DNA of 64,000 nucleotides, taken from positions 17,668,095-17,732,094 of the forward strand of contig OZ316891.1 in the NCBI GenBank assembly GCA_973895155.1, read 5' to 3'. The position numbers and the translations under genes are program-made. The stretch is from Marsupella aquatica (taxonomy: Eukaryota; Plantae; Marchantiophyta). Positions 45,201-57,083 of the stretch are shown in pieces. The notes beneath the pieces are model-generated. The model had not been told where the DNA came from. It saw only the letters and a list, made by a program, of their open reading frames with translations, and made no database searches. Position 1 is the first letter of the stretch. The number at the start of each line of letters is the position of its first letter.

Positions 45201-45897
45201 AGCAGTCCAATTTCGACAGGATACACACAAGAACAGTTGTTATTACTTATCCACGGCCGGGAAATTGTATTGGCAGCACAACACTGTCCTGAAGAGGGAA
45301 ACAGACCAGGCCTGGGATCAGCATTAAACAAGAACAAGAGTGGAAGAAGACATACTACAATGTGAAGAGCAGCGACATCCCAGAATCGTGCCCCTGATTG
45401 ACCTGTGAACCAGACTCTGGTCCTTCAAGGAGAACACAAAAAAGTAAAATAACCACCTCCGAGAGGAAAGCAGTCCCACAATTTCGCATCATCTTAAATC
45501 TCAAATCTTGTTTATTTTATACGAGCGTATGACACGAAAATATCTACCTGGAGAAGGGTTTGATCCCGGAGCGCTAGAAGAAGTGACAGTTGGAGTGTCT
45601 GCGCTTGGTGCAAGCCCACTCGTTAGCCCCGCCGTAGAAGAAGCGGGTGCAAGTGTACTCTGTTGAGGAGGGGCAGCAAGCGCATCTGTACGAGTTCCAA
45701 ACACTACTGCGCATGAGATGGCTAGAACTAAAACAAGACAACAAAGACCTGTAGACCAACATTGGAGGAGGGCAGACCGACGACAACAAACAAACTAAAG
45801 TAAGCTCGTTGGTAACAACAATCAGGGAGAGACCTAAGAAAAAGAATTTACACACAAATAACGCTAAGATCGAGTGGACTAATAGATGGGCGTACAT
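42282..45897 (-). CDS. Extensin-like/ALE2-family receptor-like kinase (At4g02010-like), about 8 coding exons
   Basis: Inferred spliced signal peptide [19 protein letters not shown] and a Pro/Ser-rich stalk. Ectodomain CC...CSCVYP and [22 protein letters not shown]. Kinase motifs [32 protein letters not shown]-terminus SEDLQEGR*. Confidence 0.9.
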
Positions 45898-48800
45898 GGG
45901 ATCACAAAGGAATATAAGAAATTTACAGAAGTCATAGACGGTGTCTCGTAAAGATTCTATTACAGAGTCGGGGAACGGGGGTGAAGAAATAAATTCGCAC
46001 GAGAACTTGCTCAAGGATTGGCTCGTAGAATCTGGCCACGGAGGATACAGTGTGCTGAAATCAAATGACTTTGGCGAGTTCGGAAGAAAGGAACCTGTCC
46101 GTATAGAGGTGTGCAGAACTGCAGCCAAACCTGCCAACTGCTTGGACGAAGCAGACTGGGAAAAATGTAAATCGTCATCAATTGAAAGAATTCGCCTCAG
46201 TGCCGCAACTGTGAGACACAATGCACAGGACGAAGTCGTTATCTTGCGCGTCAAATGAGAAAGTTAATTCGTTCAACGTGCAGGACATGGAACCAAACAA
46301 GGAAATCAGACCGAAACGTGAAGATACAGGATAGATCCATTTTCAGCTATTTGCATCTTACTGAAAAGAACCAACCCAACTTCCCCTCGGACGTTAGAAG
46401 AATACATAAGGGCAACGTATGCGACAGCCTACAAGTGGAGCGAGTAGTGGATACGTCTCTTCGGAGTTCATTAATTCACTAACTTTCACCGCCAGTCTCA
46501 CTTGCACGGCGTTACAGAGCATTCGGGTCAGCTATCCTTCAAAATCAACGGAGATAGTATCACGCCCACTTCGACAGGTTGGCAATCCGGGGAGGATGAC
46601 CTTGATTGTCGATACATCATCCGGGAGGAAAAATTCCATGACGGAGTTTGCAACATTGAGGGGTGGGGTGGGGCTCCATTCGATCTCGATCAAGCAGACG
46701 TCGTTCCGGGGGTCAATCGAAACCATCATAACAAACCTAACACAGCGAAAAGATGCGCAGAATTTCACACAGAGAGCGAGAGGGGGCGACGGGGGGTGGG
46801 AAAATGCGGTCAGGGTAAACATCGCACATCCCCAAATAATGAAAAGAGGAAGCTCGTATACCTCGATGTAACAGAGGCTGTTGGCTGCCGCTCCCAGAAT
46901 GGACATTTGATAGTAGCAGATGAAGCAGTGCTAAATAAAAAAGAAACTGCGCACATCTCCATGTCGAAGACATAGCCGCTTCTCAATCCACTCTATCAGA
47001 ACACTGCTCAACAAATTGGACACGATCCACCCCCGATGGAATTGTGACAATGCTGCTGTCAACTAGTAGGGATTGGGTCCATCTGTGCATCTTGCCTTCT
47101 CCTTTCCAACGAATAGTCCACTACTATCCAATGACATACTCCCCGCATTTACTCCAATAGAGATGTTGATCCATGCTGCGGACATGAGTCGAAATGGCAG
47201 CAGCGTTCGAATAACTTACAGAAACTACCACACATTCATACAGTATTCTACATGTCCGTCTGCTGCCTCGCCTGTTTTGTTTGTGGAGACCATCAGAGCC
47301 GCTGAAGGTGTTCAGCTCCCTCTCTTGTCTTCTCTTCCCCTGATTTGATACACCACTCCCTTTCTGCGTTGCTGAAAATCTGCATGGAGCAATGACGGTC
47401 AAGCTCAGCTCAGCTCTCCATCGACCTGTAGGCACCCTCATTTGCAAGTGAGACATATTGTGCTCACGAAGCTCGAGCGAACGATTCACCCGCTAAAGAT
47501 ACAAAAGGGCTTAAGAAAGCAGTAGCTAACAGCATCTGCACTACGTCAATGCTTCGTACCAAGCCACTCTAAACCTATCCAGCCTGACAATACCAGATTA
47601 CACCCACAACAACCCTTTTCATCTGAGACAGTTTAGAACACTGATGACGATGAAGATGATGATCCGCGATTGCTGTATGTAACCGAGACTGCGACTACTT
47701 GATTTACCCTGAGAAGATCGTGACTCCACAATGTGCGTCAAGGCAGAAGACTCAGCCTGAACACCATGATCACCGGAAGGAGGGGAATGCAACCATCCCA
47801 GCTGCAGAAAGCCCTGGCTTACTGCCTGTGTCAGAAGACATATGAGGGAAAAAGAGAGGAGCGTATTGAACTGCAAGAGACCAACTAAACATTTCAACTC
47901 CAAACCAAGTAAGAAGAAGAAGAAGGAGAAGCAGGCGTACCTCATCTATCTTGCACTCATGAGCCGGCTCGTGCAGATCCTGAAGAGGGTCGACATGACA
48001 GAAACACATCAAGCTCAAGCTCGCTCGTCACGAATAGACCGATACCATTACATATGACACTCATCTAAATCTCGGAGTACAATGTCGGAGGAGTAGAGCG
48101 GAAATGCGGCACCATAATCTCTACCGTAACGAGAAGGCAAGGGTCAAGCCGCGTCCTTCCCTTCCTACACAATCTTCTCAGTAGGCAGGAAGGCAACACT
48201 GCATCCAACACTAACGCAATGACGGCTCCTTCATAGCAGCAATCGGACGCCAGCCGGGAATCAGAGCCACAATAACGGCGTGGCTGCACATCAAATCCTG
48301 CTGCTCCAATGCTGTCGTCGCCGTCGAATATATTGCTGCTCCCAGGAAATTCTGTAGTCTAAAAGTCCTCAGGCTCGTTAGTGGAAGAAGGAAGCTCCGA
48401 GTTCTCGAAGATGGATGCCACATTCTGGCCTCCCCTGGTTGTAACTGTGCTCGCTCTAGCTGCCAACCAGGAGCTTTACCGGATGGGACTGATAGTCAAT
48501 CACTCATCAATAACATCAATCAATCCTCTCTTTCTCCGCTTTCCTTCATTGATTCGGTCGCTCATCACTCCCGCTCACACATCCGTCTCAGGAATCCAGA
48601 CCGGCCTCGCCATTGCGGAGTCCGAGAACTGACAGAAACACAGGCAGACATACACCTCAAGGACAGACAAAATACACACTACATCACCACTCGGGTAATC
48701 AGAAACTACTAATTTCCCTTCCACTTCTCTTGTCGCCCCACGCTTCCTCCTCTTCCCCAACAAACTATCTCCGCTTCGTCTGTCTTCTCGCTCGCGGTCT

Positions 48801-49799
48801 CGTCTCTCGCTTTCTCTCCGGTCCCGTGTCCTCTACTCCGCTTTCTTGCTCCTTTCAGTTTTCCACAGCGAGTGCCAACAAAACAAGGGTAGTCCTCGCG
48901 AAAAGAACTTCGTCCAGGCCCGGGTGAGGCGGGGCGGGGAGCCAAAAAGCGACGAATGTATGTCAGATACCAGTCGACGAGACGACGAGGAGGGACCGAG
49001 GGAGGGAGAGAGGGCAGAAAGGTCGAAAGCCGAAAAAGCTGAAAGGCTTCAAGCAGAACTCGAAGAAGAGAGAAACGCGGAAGGACGAGGAAGCGACGAG
49101 AGACAGACAAGACACGACACAGGAGGAAGCTGGAGGCCTGGAGCAAACGAAAACGAAAACGAAAAGATAGAGAACGCGACCGCAACGCACAACAACGGAC
49201 GAGACGTGATGAGAGGCAGGCGGTAGCAGACTAGTAGTGTAGTAGTAGTAATCCACTACTCCTAGAGCCGGTCGGTACTGGAGTACCGAGCCCCGCCCCA
49301 CCCCTCGCGCCCGCCCGCCATCAGGTAGGGTCCAGTGATCGCAAATAATCAGAAAGGTCTCACCACAGCAACAGCAGCCAAAGCTGCACAAAGCACAAAG
49401 CTCCAAACCCAACAACGCACTGCAACGCAATCAATCCGTAATAAGTTTATTCTGATGCCGTCGCGGCCGCTCTGCCCTACGCCCCTGCTGCTGCTGCAAT
49501 TCTCTATCATTTTCTTCTCACGAGGAACGACAAACGCCGCATGCTGCCCGACGAGGCCGCCAGAAGGACGGACTGAGGCGAACGCAGATCCGGTTTTCCC
49601 AATTGGAAAACAACTCAGATTTGGGTTTCAAAAAATTACAACACCACACAGATTTGATTCGCCTCCCGTCCCTCGAGTGGCCTCGGACCGATCATGAACC
49701 TCCCCACTCACAGCATCATTCCGTTCTCCCCCACTCGTTGACAGTGTAAAACGAGCGGCTTTACCAGACGGGGAGCCGTTCCTTTTCCATTTGAGATTG

Positions 49800-52700
49800 A
49801 AATTGGAGCCTCTAATAAATGGGACATGGCTCTATTTGGCTTATCCCGGTAGGTAGGGTATCTACCAATCATTCATGGAAGAGAGTGGGCCCATGGCTGA
49901 TGTGAAATGCCTATATTGTCTAGAGATCTAGAATTGTAGACTACCTCCAAAAGTGGTCCAAACTTGGGCAAAGTTTGGCTCTTTCTACAAGGAATTTGCA
50001 TTTATTGAAGTTCATTTCAAAATCTTTTTAGTATTTGTCTTTAGAATTGGATAACTCCTTGTTAGAGGGCATTGTGGGATATACTGCCCCCAAAACGAGG
50101 GCCTTAGCCCAAGTTTGAAGGGGCCAATGGCACACAATTCCCATAAGCTGAACCTTAACTTACATAAAAACCTCAATTGAGTTTTGGATAGAATACGGAA
50201 AATACGAATCCCTTAAATTACGGTCATGCAATAGTGTGCAAATAAGAAAAAGAAATTAAAGTGCCAGGATACTCTGGCAAATTTTTAGGAACATGATTTT
50301 ACTTCTTGGTTTATATCCTAAAAAGATTATACTTTGAGTTACATATACCTCGATTAAGGTGGAAGATGCCTCAACGAACCTGGCCAAGGAGGATGTTGAC
50401 CTTCAAGACCACCAGTTGATAAGGGCAAGAGCACCAGTTGATAAGGGCAATAAGCTCATGTCCTATGACTATGCCAAGATTCTGGATTATGCAGAGATTC
50501 CAGAGAATTTCAATGTCATACATGGCTCCAGGAAGAAGAAGCCTGGTAGAAAATACCAATCTAAGTAGTCATCAAGTTGACTAGGTTAAAGAATGCCTCC
50601 TTATCCATCATACACATCTGCCTAAACAGATAAGGCAGCAACTCATGTCTGAAAAAAATCACCAAACTCTTTAGACCAGGCTCTTTTAGAACTATCAGCA
50701 AAGAATGTTTGGGTCTCCAACAGTGAATGCAACTCTATCTAGTTCGCAGGTGGAGCATGAACACCAGTCGGATCAGTGACCCCTGCTTCTGAGTGGTTGG
50801 AAGAATCCAACTCCAAGATATTTCTTATATGTTTAGATAATAATGCAGTGGATGAAGTGGTACTGGATTTAGAGCCTTCAGAACTGCTGGATATGAAGTA
50901 GTCTTCATCAATGGAACTTTCATTGAGAATGCCCAAAGACAATTGCTCCCAAACCCATTTCAAGCATTGTTGTGGATTGGAGACCTTGGGCATTGTAAGC
51001 AATCTTGTATCTGTCACGAATTACAGAAATGATTCATATGCACAACACACAATTTAATGGAACAAAAACAAGTTTGTACATAATTGACAGATTCAAGTGG
51101 CACAGATACCATGAAGCCTCAGTCGAAGGGTGATGATTTATCACAACATAGAAACAATGCTCTAAACCGCTTGTCCTGTCCACTGCCCTTATTCCACCTG
51201 ACAATCAATCGCTGACACCTAAGGAAGCTGATTTAATGGCCTTGTAAATATCATTGATAAGTTGCTTCTTTGCCCTGGTATCGTATTTCTTCTGTTTGTT
51301 GGCTGTGAGTTGCGGAACTCGACTACCTAAACACTTAGCTCCGGCGTCACTGACTCCCATGCCGAGCTCCCTATGGTCCAGACCCGGAACGGCCATCCGG
51401 GGAGGGCTTAGCATGGGGAGACTTGTGGGCAATTGGGCGTGGCCCTGGCGAAGGCAAGGCGCTAAGCTGGTGACATACACTAAGGACTTAGACTAGCCGA
51501 GGGCTGGTCGGGTCAAGGGGAAAGGGGTGGACTCAAGGTCGACCGTTCGGACCCCCGGACAGACTTTGAATTTTGAGGGCTTGAGTGAGATCTCCTCTTG
51601 GGCCCAAGGCCAATGAAGTTCACTCCATGGGCAACAAACGCTTAGGGCACGAGTTATGGTCTGATCTGGGTTTGGTCGATCGAGAGGCCCAGGCAACGAC
51701 GGGATCTGAGGGCCTAGGCATGAGCACTAGGTCGGCCCAATCACAACGGGCTAAATCCTAAACCCTAACTAGAAAGGTATGGGCATCGCCAGTTAGTGGC
51801 GTGCCCAGACGTGCGAGTTGGGGTCCAAGTGGGGGGCCAAAATTTGGGGACCAAAGTAAGTCCAGGGGTGACAGGTATCTAGAAATATATATGAGGGGAG
51901 TGATGTCTCCCTGGATGCTAAGGGTATTCTCTATTGGCACTCAATTCCATGCATTGCATTGAACAATTTTTAGCTAAATTGCCGCTAATGAAGTTTCAAT
52001 TTACAATAGTGTCATGGTTTTTATTGTATTTACGAATATGTCACAATTTTTGTATTTGGTTATTAACTTTGGTGAACTTGTCATCCATATATGGAACCAT
52101 GGCATGTTTATAAATACAAAAATAATAATGACAATATTGTCAATTAGGACATGTTTAGTGGCAAGGTAGTTTAGAGTTGTGACATTGAATTCACTCAAAC
52201 AAAGTCAAACCTGCAATATTGTGGCTCATAGCATTGCTTACACTTATTGGATAAGTGCTCAAAATTCCTCACTTGCACTGATGTCATATGCAAAATATGT
52301 TTAAGTGCAAAGTGGGGCCTACCTCCCAAAGTCTTGCACTTAGACGTAGTACCCTGTATTTTGTCTTTCTTGTTTTTGAATGGAGAAGCAAGTCAGGAAG
52401 TGACATCTTAGGTTACTTCTACCTACAACTTACTGTTGTTCCTTGTGTTTCTCCCGTGTTTGATTATACAATTCCCGATTCCCTGCATGAAATTATCTCA
52501 GCCTCCATGTCATGTTGTGGCCCCATATAGTACACAACCCCAAGTGTCAAGCCCAACTCTCACTCACGGTCTACAGGATTCAATTTGATACACATGCATT
52601 ATGGAAGGCAAACATTCCCTGAGCTCTACAAGGCTCTTCAGTATGCCCAAAGATAAGGTTTTAGTTATTCTTTTCCTAGTTGTTTATGTGGTGCGCTTTT

Positions 52701-55110
52701 TACTTGATCACTGGGCTCTTGGCTCCTTGGTTGTCCCCCCTTGATTGGAAGTTTTGTCTGAGGGATCAGGTCTCCTAGTTGGGTGCCTTTGGTGTTATTG
52801 TAATTTGATATATTATAAATCTCATCTGGCGACTAATTTTGTCAGCTATAGTAGGTAGTGATTTGGCAAAGAGGAAATCTCTATTTTTAATTTGAATTAG
52901 ATCATCAGAACATTTTCCAAGTGAGATTAAAACCAGCAGTATCCCCAACCCTTTGGAAAGACAAAATAGTCCACCATTTACTATGTTAATAACATTATGT
53001 ACTAATTATGGTAAGTGAATCAGCCAGGTTTTGCTTCAGAGATAATGATACTTTAAGTCAAAATTGACCCAGAAAAATTGTTTAAGCTACGGATCTCTGC
53101 TGGGTTGACTAGCCTCTATTATTGCTATTTACTTGCTAATAAAGTATGCTTTCAAAATTGTCCTGAGGATATAAGCGTAGTCTATTGACTGAACCAAAGC
53201 TGACCTGATAGTTTCTAACTCGTATATTTTAATCTTCATTGCTGCAATAAAGTATTCGTGTAAAACAAAGCAGTCCACTGTGTGTACCAGTGTACCTATT
53301 ATTAAAGAGGCAACGGCCAATATTAGAACCGCAACTGATGGCATAGATATTGGGATTTTGGGGGCAGGCAAGGTTCTGTTGGAAAGCGTTTGGGGCACCA
53401 CCGCAGCATCATCTTCAACTAACCTTACGAAGTTTGACGGCTCTGACGACGAAGGTCTTCGGTTACCGCAGTCAAAACCAATGCAGAACCTGGAACTCGT
53501 AAAGGTTCAAACGCACTGTTTCGACCTCGGGAGCGAGTCTAGGGCTGGGTTCTGTTGAGTACTGTATGACTGTGTTAGACCCCGGTTGTGTACCTCCCAC
53601 AGTTTCCTAGAAAGTGTAGCATGATTTTATTTCACCTAAAGATTATAGGATGCAATCTTGGTGGATTATAGGTCATTAGTGCCTCTCAAAGCTAGGTCAT
53701 TAGAGAAAGTTAAGTATTTATGATATATCCCTTCCTATAACTCAAGTTATGGAACCTAGTTGTAGAATTTTAAAAATGGGGGGAGATAACATTGACCCGC
53801 TTCACAAGGCATAATTATGGTCTCACTTGTCTCATACCATATATTCTTTTTTCCTTAATTCTTGACCAACTGCCGCCTCAATGCAGCAGCGATCACCATG
53901 TCAGGAGCAAATGCCACGTGCCTGCAGTCGCGGCGTTCTGGGGTTCCAGAGTCCTGGATTCCTGATTTCTGCCTAAGTTGCGGGAAAGTTACGTTTCAAG
54001 TGTTGAGCCCGTGGGCTTTCCTTACGGGAGCCGAAGGTCAGCTCCCATAACTTTTACGGGAGTTACCATAATATTTGAGTTGTGAGAATACCTTATCTTG
54101 TTAAGGCCAAGCTTTTAGACGCCCCAACACTTTCCCCTTAGCTCCCAAAGGTCTTGATATCCACTTAATAATATAGACAATACTAAGCAATGGCAGGTGC
54201 ATTGGGCTAGTTTTAACATAACAGAAATGTGTTACTTGTGTTACAGATTATATTTTTTCCTGCAACCTACAACCCAATTAATATTTTTATAGGCCTTTTC
54301 CTTTCTTTGGCAGAAGTAGTGTCCAAGCATTCCCTAGCTATAATCAACACCTCATGCATGTCATACCCTTATGGCCCTTTGAGATGTTACTCTTCGTAAC
54401 TTTTTGTGCCTTTTTGGAGAACAGTGCGCAGATTCAGATGGGGGATCATGAAACCTCTCTTCTACGTCTACAAATAATAAGAATTAATAGCCTCCCTCAC
54501 GCCTTGAGAGTATTAGTACTCCGTTACTAGCGCATTATTGGGGGCATTATGGGCAATAAGGCCCACTCAAAACTCAAGCTAAATCCCTTGTTTTTGGAGG
54601 CCTTATGGCCCACTATGTTCTATAACCTGAAGATTATCATACATCTAATACCCATCATGATTTTCTCTTAGTCTTTCAGGGCATTTCTGGAGATTGGGAT
54701 GACCTTCCAATGACCCTACAAGCTACACCGCATCAGCCAGATCATCATTGAAGAAAAAATGCATCAAAGGGGTGATGACTGTATTTAATAAGGGAAGGGG
54801 CCCAAAATGGAGCAAAGGATAGGGAAGGGGCCAAAAAATGGAGCTGCACTGACCTTTGTTGTGTTAAGCCATATTTCTTGGGCTCCCTCTAAATGACAGT
54901 CATTCCATAAAGTCTTCTAGATAGAGATGACTCCCATCCCCCTTACACCATCTGGTTTTAACAGGTGATTAATTGTGAAGGCACCCCGCATCTCTCAACT
55001 CCCAACAGGCGGCTGCAACTCACAAAGAAGGCTCCCTCAATGAGAATTTACCGGCATAGGGTTAGTATGATAGAAATCATTTGCCAATGTAGCATTAAAT
55101 ACCACGGATC
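49800..55110. other. Gene-free tract, probably decayed transposon/LTR debris
   Basis: No coherent ORF. PPT-like GAGGGGAGTGA-TG at ~51893, a GC-rich gag-like patch at 51300-51760 and a short direct repeat at ~54791/54821. Confidence 0.35.
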
Positions 55111-55120
55111 TTTGCTGCTC

Positions 55121-55437
55121 ATTCAGCGCGATCGCCAGTCTCGATGCACATTAATGCATCGAGGCAGGACGGATTACAGTAACGCGAGCCTACTTACATG
55201 TGATTACGAGTTTGGGGAGTCAGTGAGGTTTTCGGGCAGCGTGTCCCTTGCCATTCGGTGAGTCAGCGCACCTGTTCCCAAGGGCCAGACCGGGCTGTCC
55301 CTATCCCCTTCGCAAGGCATTCCGGGCCCAGTTCACTCGCCCGCCCGCACCCCAAGTCCTCGTGGGCTGCTACCTTCGACACAGTCGCCCCCCTTGTCCA
55401 AGTTGTATGTACATGGAATCATACTTTGTCAAAATTT
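55121..55437 (+). repeat. Left terminal inverted repeat (317 bp)
   Basis: Exact reverse complement of 63516-63832 on base-by-base reading. Confidence 0.97.
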
Positions 55438-55709
55438 ACCATACTCGTATCCAAAATGAGTGAACTTGACACTTTTGCGTAGTTTTGACAATTCCCGCCA
55501 GAGTCAGTTCTCCTGACCTATTGTATCACAGTCTATCGCACTCGTTACTTTTGCCTAGGGCATTGAGCGGTGAGGCGCATCGAGCATCCAAGCGAGAGTT
55601 CCGATCTGCAGTGTGCTTCCATTTCTGCAGAGATTGAATTAAGAAGCAAAGTTCGTGGTCAGGGCGATCCGTCAAGATTACAGTAAGGGATTCTTGATTT
55701 GGTAAGGCA

Positions 55710-56594
55710 ATGTCGATGACAACCCTGTTCGATGTGCACAATGCAATAATGAGAGAGGACACTGGTTTTTTGGGTCCATGTAGTGTTGTGGTATTGAACT
55801 TTATCGCCACCAATCCTTTCCCCAAGAAATTTGTGTATCGAGGCTGTACCGAGGTCGTTGCAAGAGGTTTATGTAAAATCTCAATCGAAGGCCCCAGAGT
55901 GAACCATTGTGAGCACGACGCTTTGCAGAGTGGACATTACAGCAAATTTTTCCGTTTCGAGGTGTTGTTGACTGATGCTACCTTGCATTCGCATTCTGGC
56001 AAGCCTGCTTTGAGAGCTGCAATTTGAGATGCTGCAAGAGATTTAGTGCAACTATCTGCGACTGCTCTAGCTTGTATGGAGCCGATAGATCAATTTCAGG
56101 TCATGCATGATTCCATCAAGGATGCACCGCTTTGCAATGTGAGGTTTCGAATTAATCGTGGTATTTTGTCTATCCATGAGTTGGAAATTGTTTCTTCAAG
56201 CAGTACTTTGGCACAATCTCGTCTATGGACCCAGACTCGAACTCCGCGGCAACAAGGATCGCGAGGTCCACACTTGTCGCCCGGCCTACGCGTTTCCAGT
56301 CAGGGACGCAGCCAATCCAATGCAACTCAATTCAACACCACTGCACCAACATCTGCTACCATAGTGTCATCCCCCGGCCTCCCAGTGCTGACACAGTCAC
56401 CAGTAACCGAATCCAAGGCAGCATCGTATGCCACAACTACATCAAGTGTCGGAGAAGTGTTAGACGTGGTACAAGCTGAACGAGAGAATGAACACACCGA
56501 AGACATCCAGCAAGGCACCATGTCATCCATTGTTCGACGATTAGCAGAAGCTTTCAGTGCATCCCTAGATGTGTACTCTGGGCGGAAGGGATAG
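55710..56594 (+). pseudogene. RPA1 DBD-C (Rep_fac-A_C)-like OB-fold/zinc-ribbon cargo gene with one in-frame TGA (56025-56027) and a Ser/Thr-rich tail
   Basis: ORFs 55710-56027 and 56046-56594 share one frame. The joined pattern TTLFDV..FVYRGC..CK..CEH..FRFEVLLTDAT..AI*DAARDLV.LSA parallels RPA70C (KTLYEV..YxAC..C.KK..C..C..YR..V...D..F...AE..LG..A). Confidence 0.6.
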
Positions 56595-57083
56595 TTTAGA
56601 TTGTTCTAGGCAAACATACATACATGTAGCCATTTTGGTTTTGCAAGTAGCCTCGGTCGTCTTGCTCTGTTGCAAGTGTTGGCAATATGACAGAACGCTG
56701 GACTGATGCTTGGGTGATTGACTATGTATGAGGATGAAACAAAACTTTGCATTCTGGAATTTATGCCGACATGGTTTTTATGCTGAAACTCAAAATGAAT
56801 TCCTCTGTATAGTGTGGATTGGCGGGTGCGGTTTTATGCATGGCTCCACTTTCATGCCCTGCAGTGTCCGGATCATTGCCATTGCAAGAATGAGCGGTCT
56901 ATATTGTGGTCCCACCAAAATGTATATTGTATTGCAACCATTTGTGAAGTGGATATGACATTGCAATGTTTAGTGTAACTCCATGTCACTCTGACTTTGT
57001 GAGTACAGTGATGTAATTAACTTTCATTCCCGCTATAATTCATTTCACAATTCATATATATTGATTGCAGGTGTGAAGATATA

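Noticed and set aside
45574-46254. 226-aa ORF as an independent gene
   Set aside because: It spans the kinase leader, first exon and intron; only the MYAHLL... segment looks coding.
48709-49697. Overlapping 120-158-aa ORFs
   Set aside because: Low-complexity GA/CT-rich promoter or UTR sequence with no recognisable domains.
55248-55482. Duplicated small ORFs, also at 63486-63705
   Set aside because: They have non-ATG starts and are duplicated only because they lie in the TIRs.
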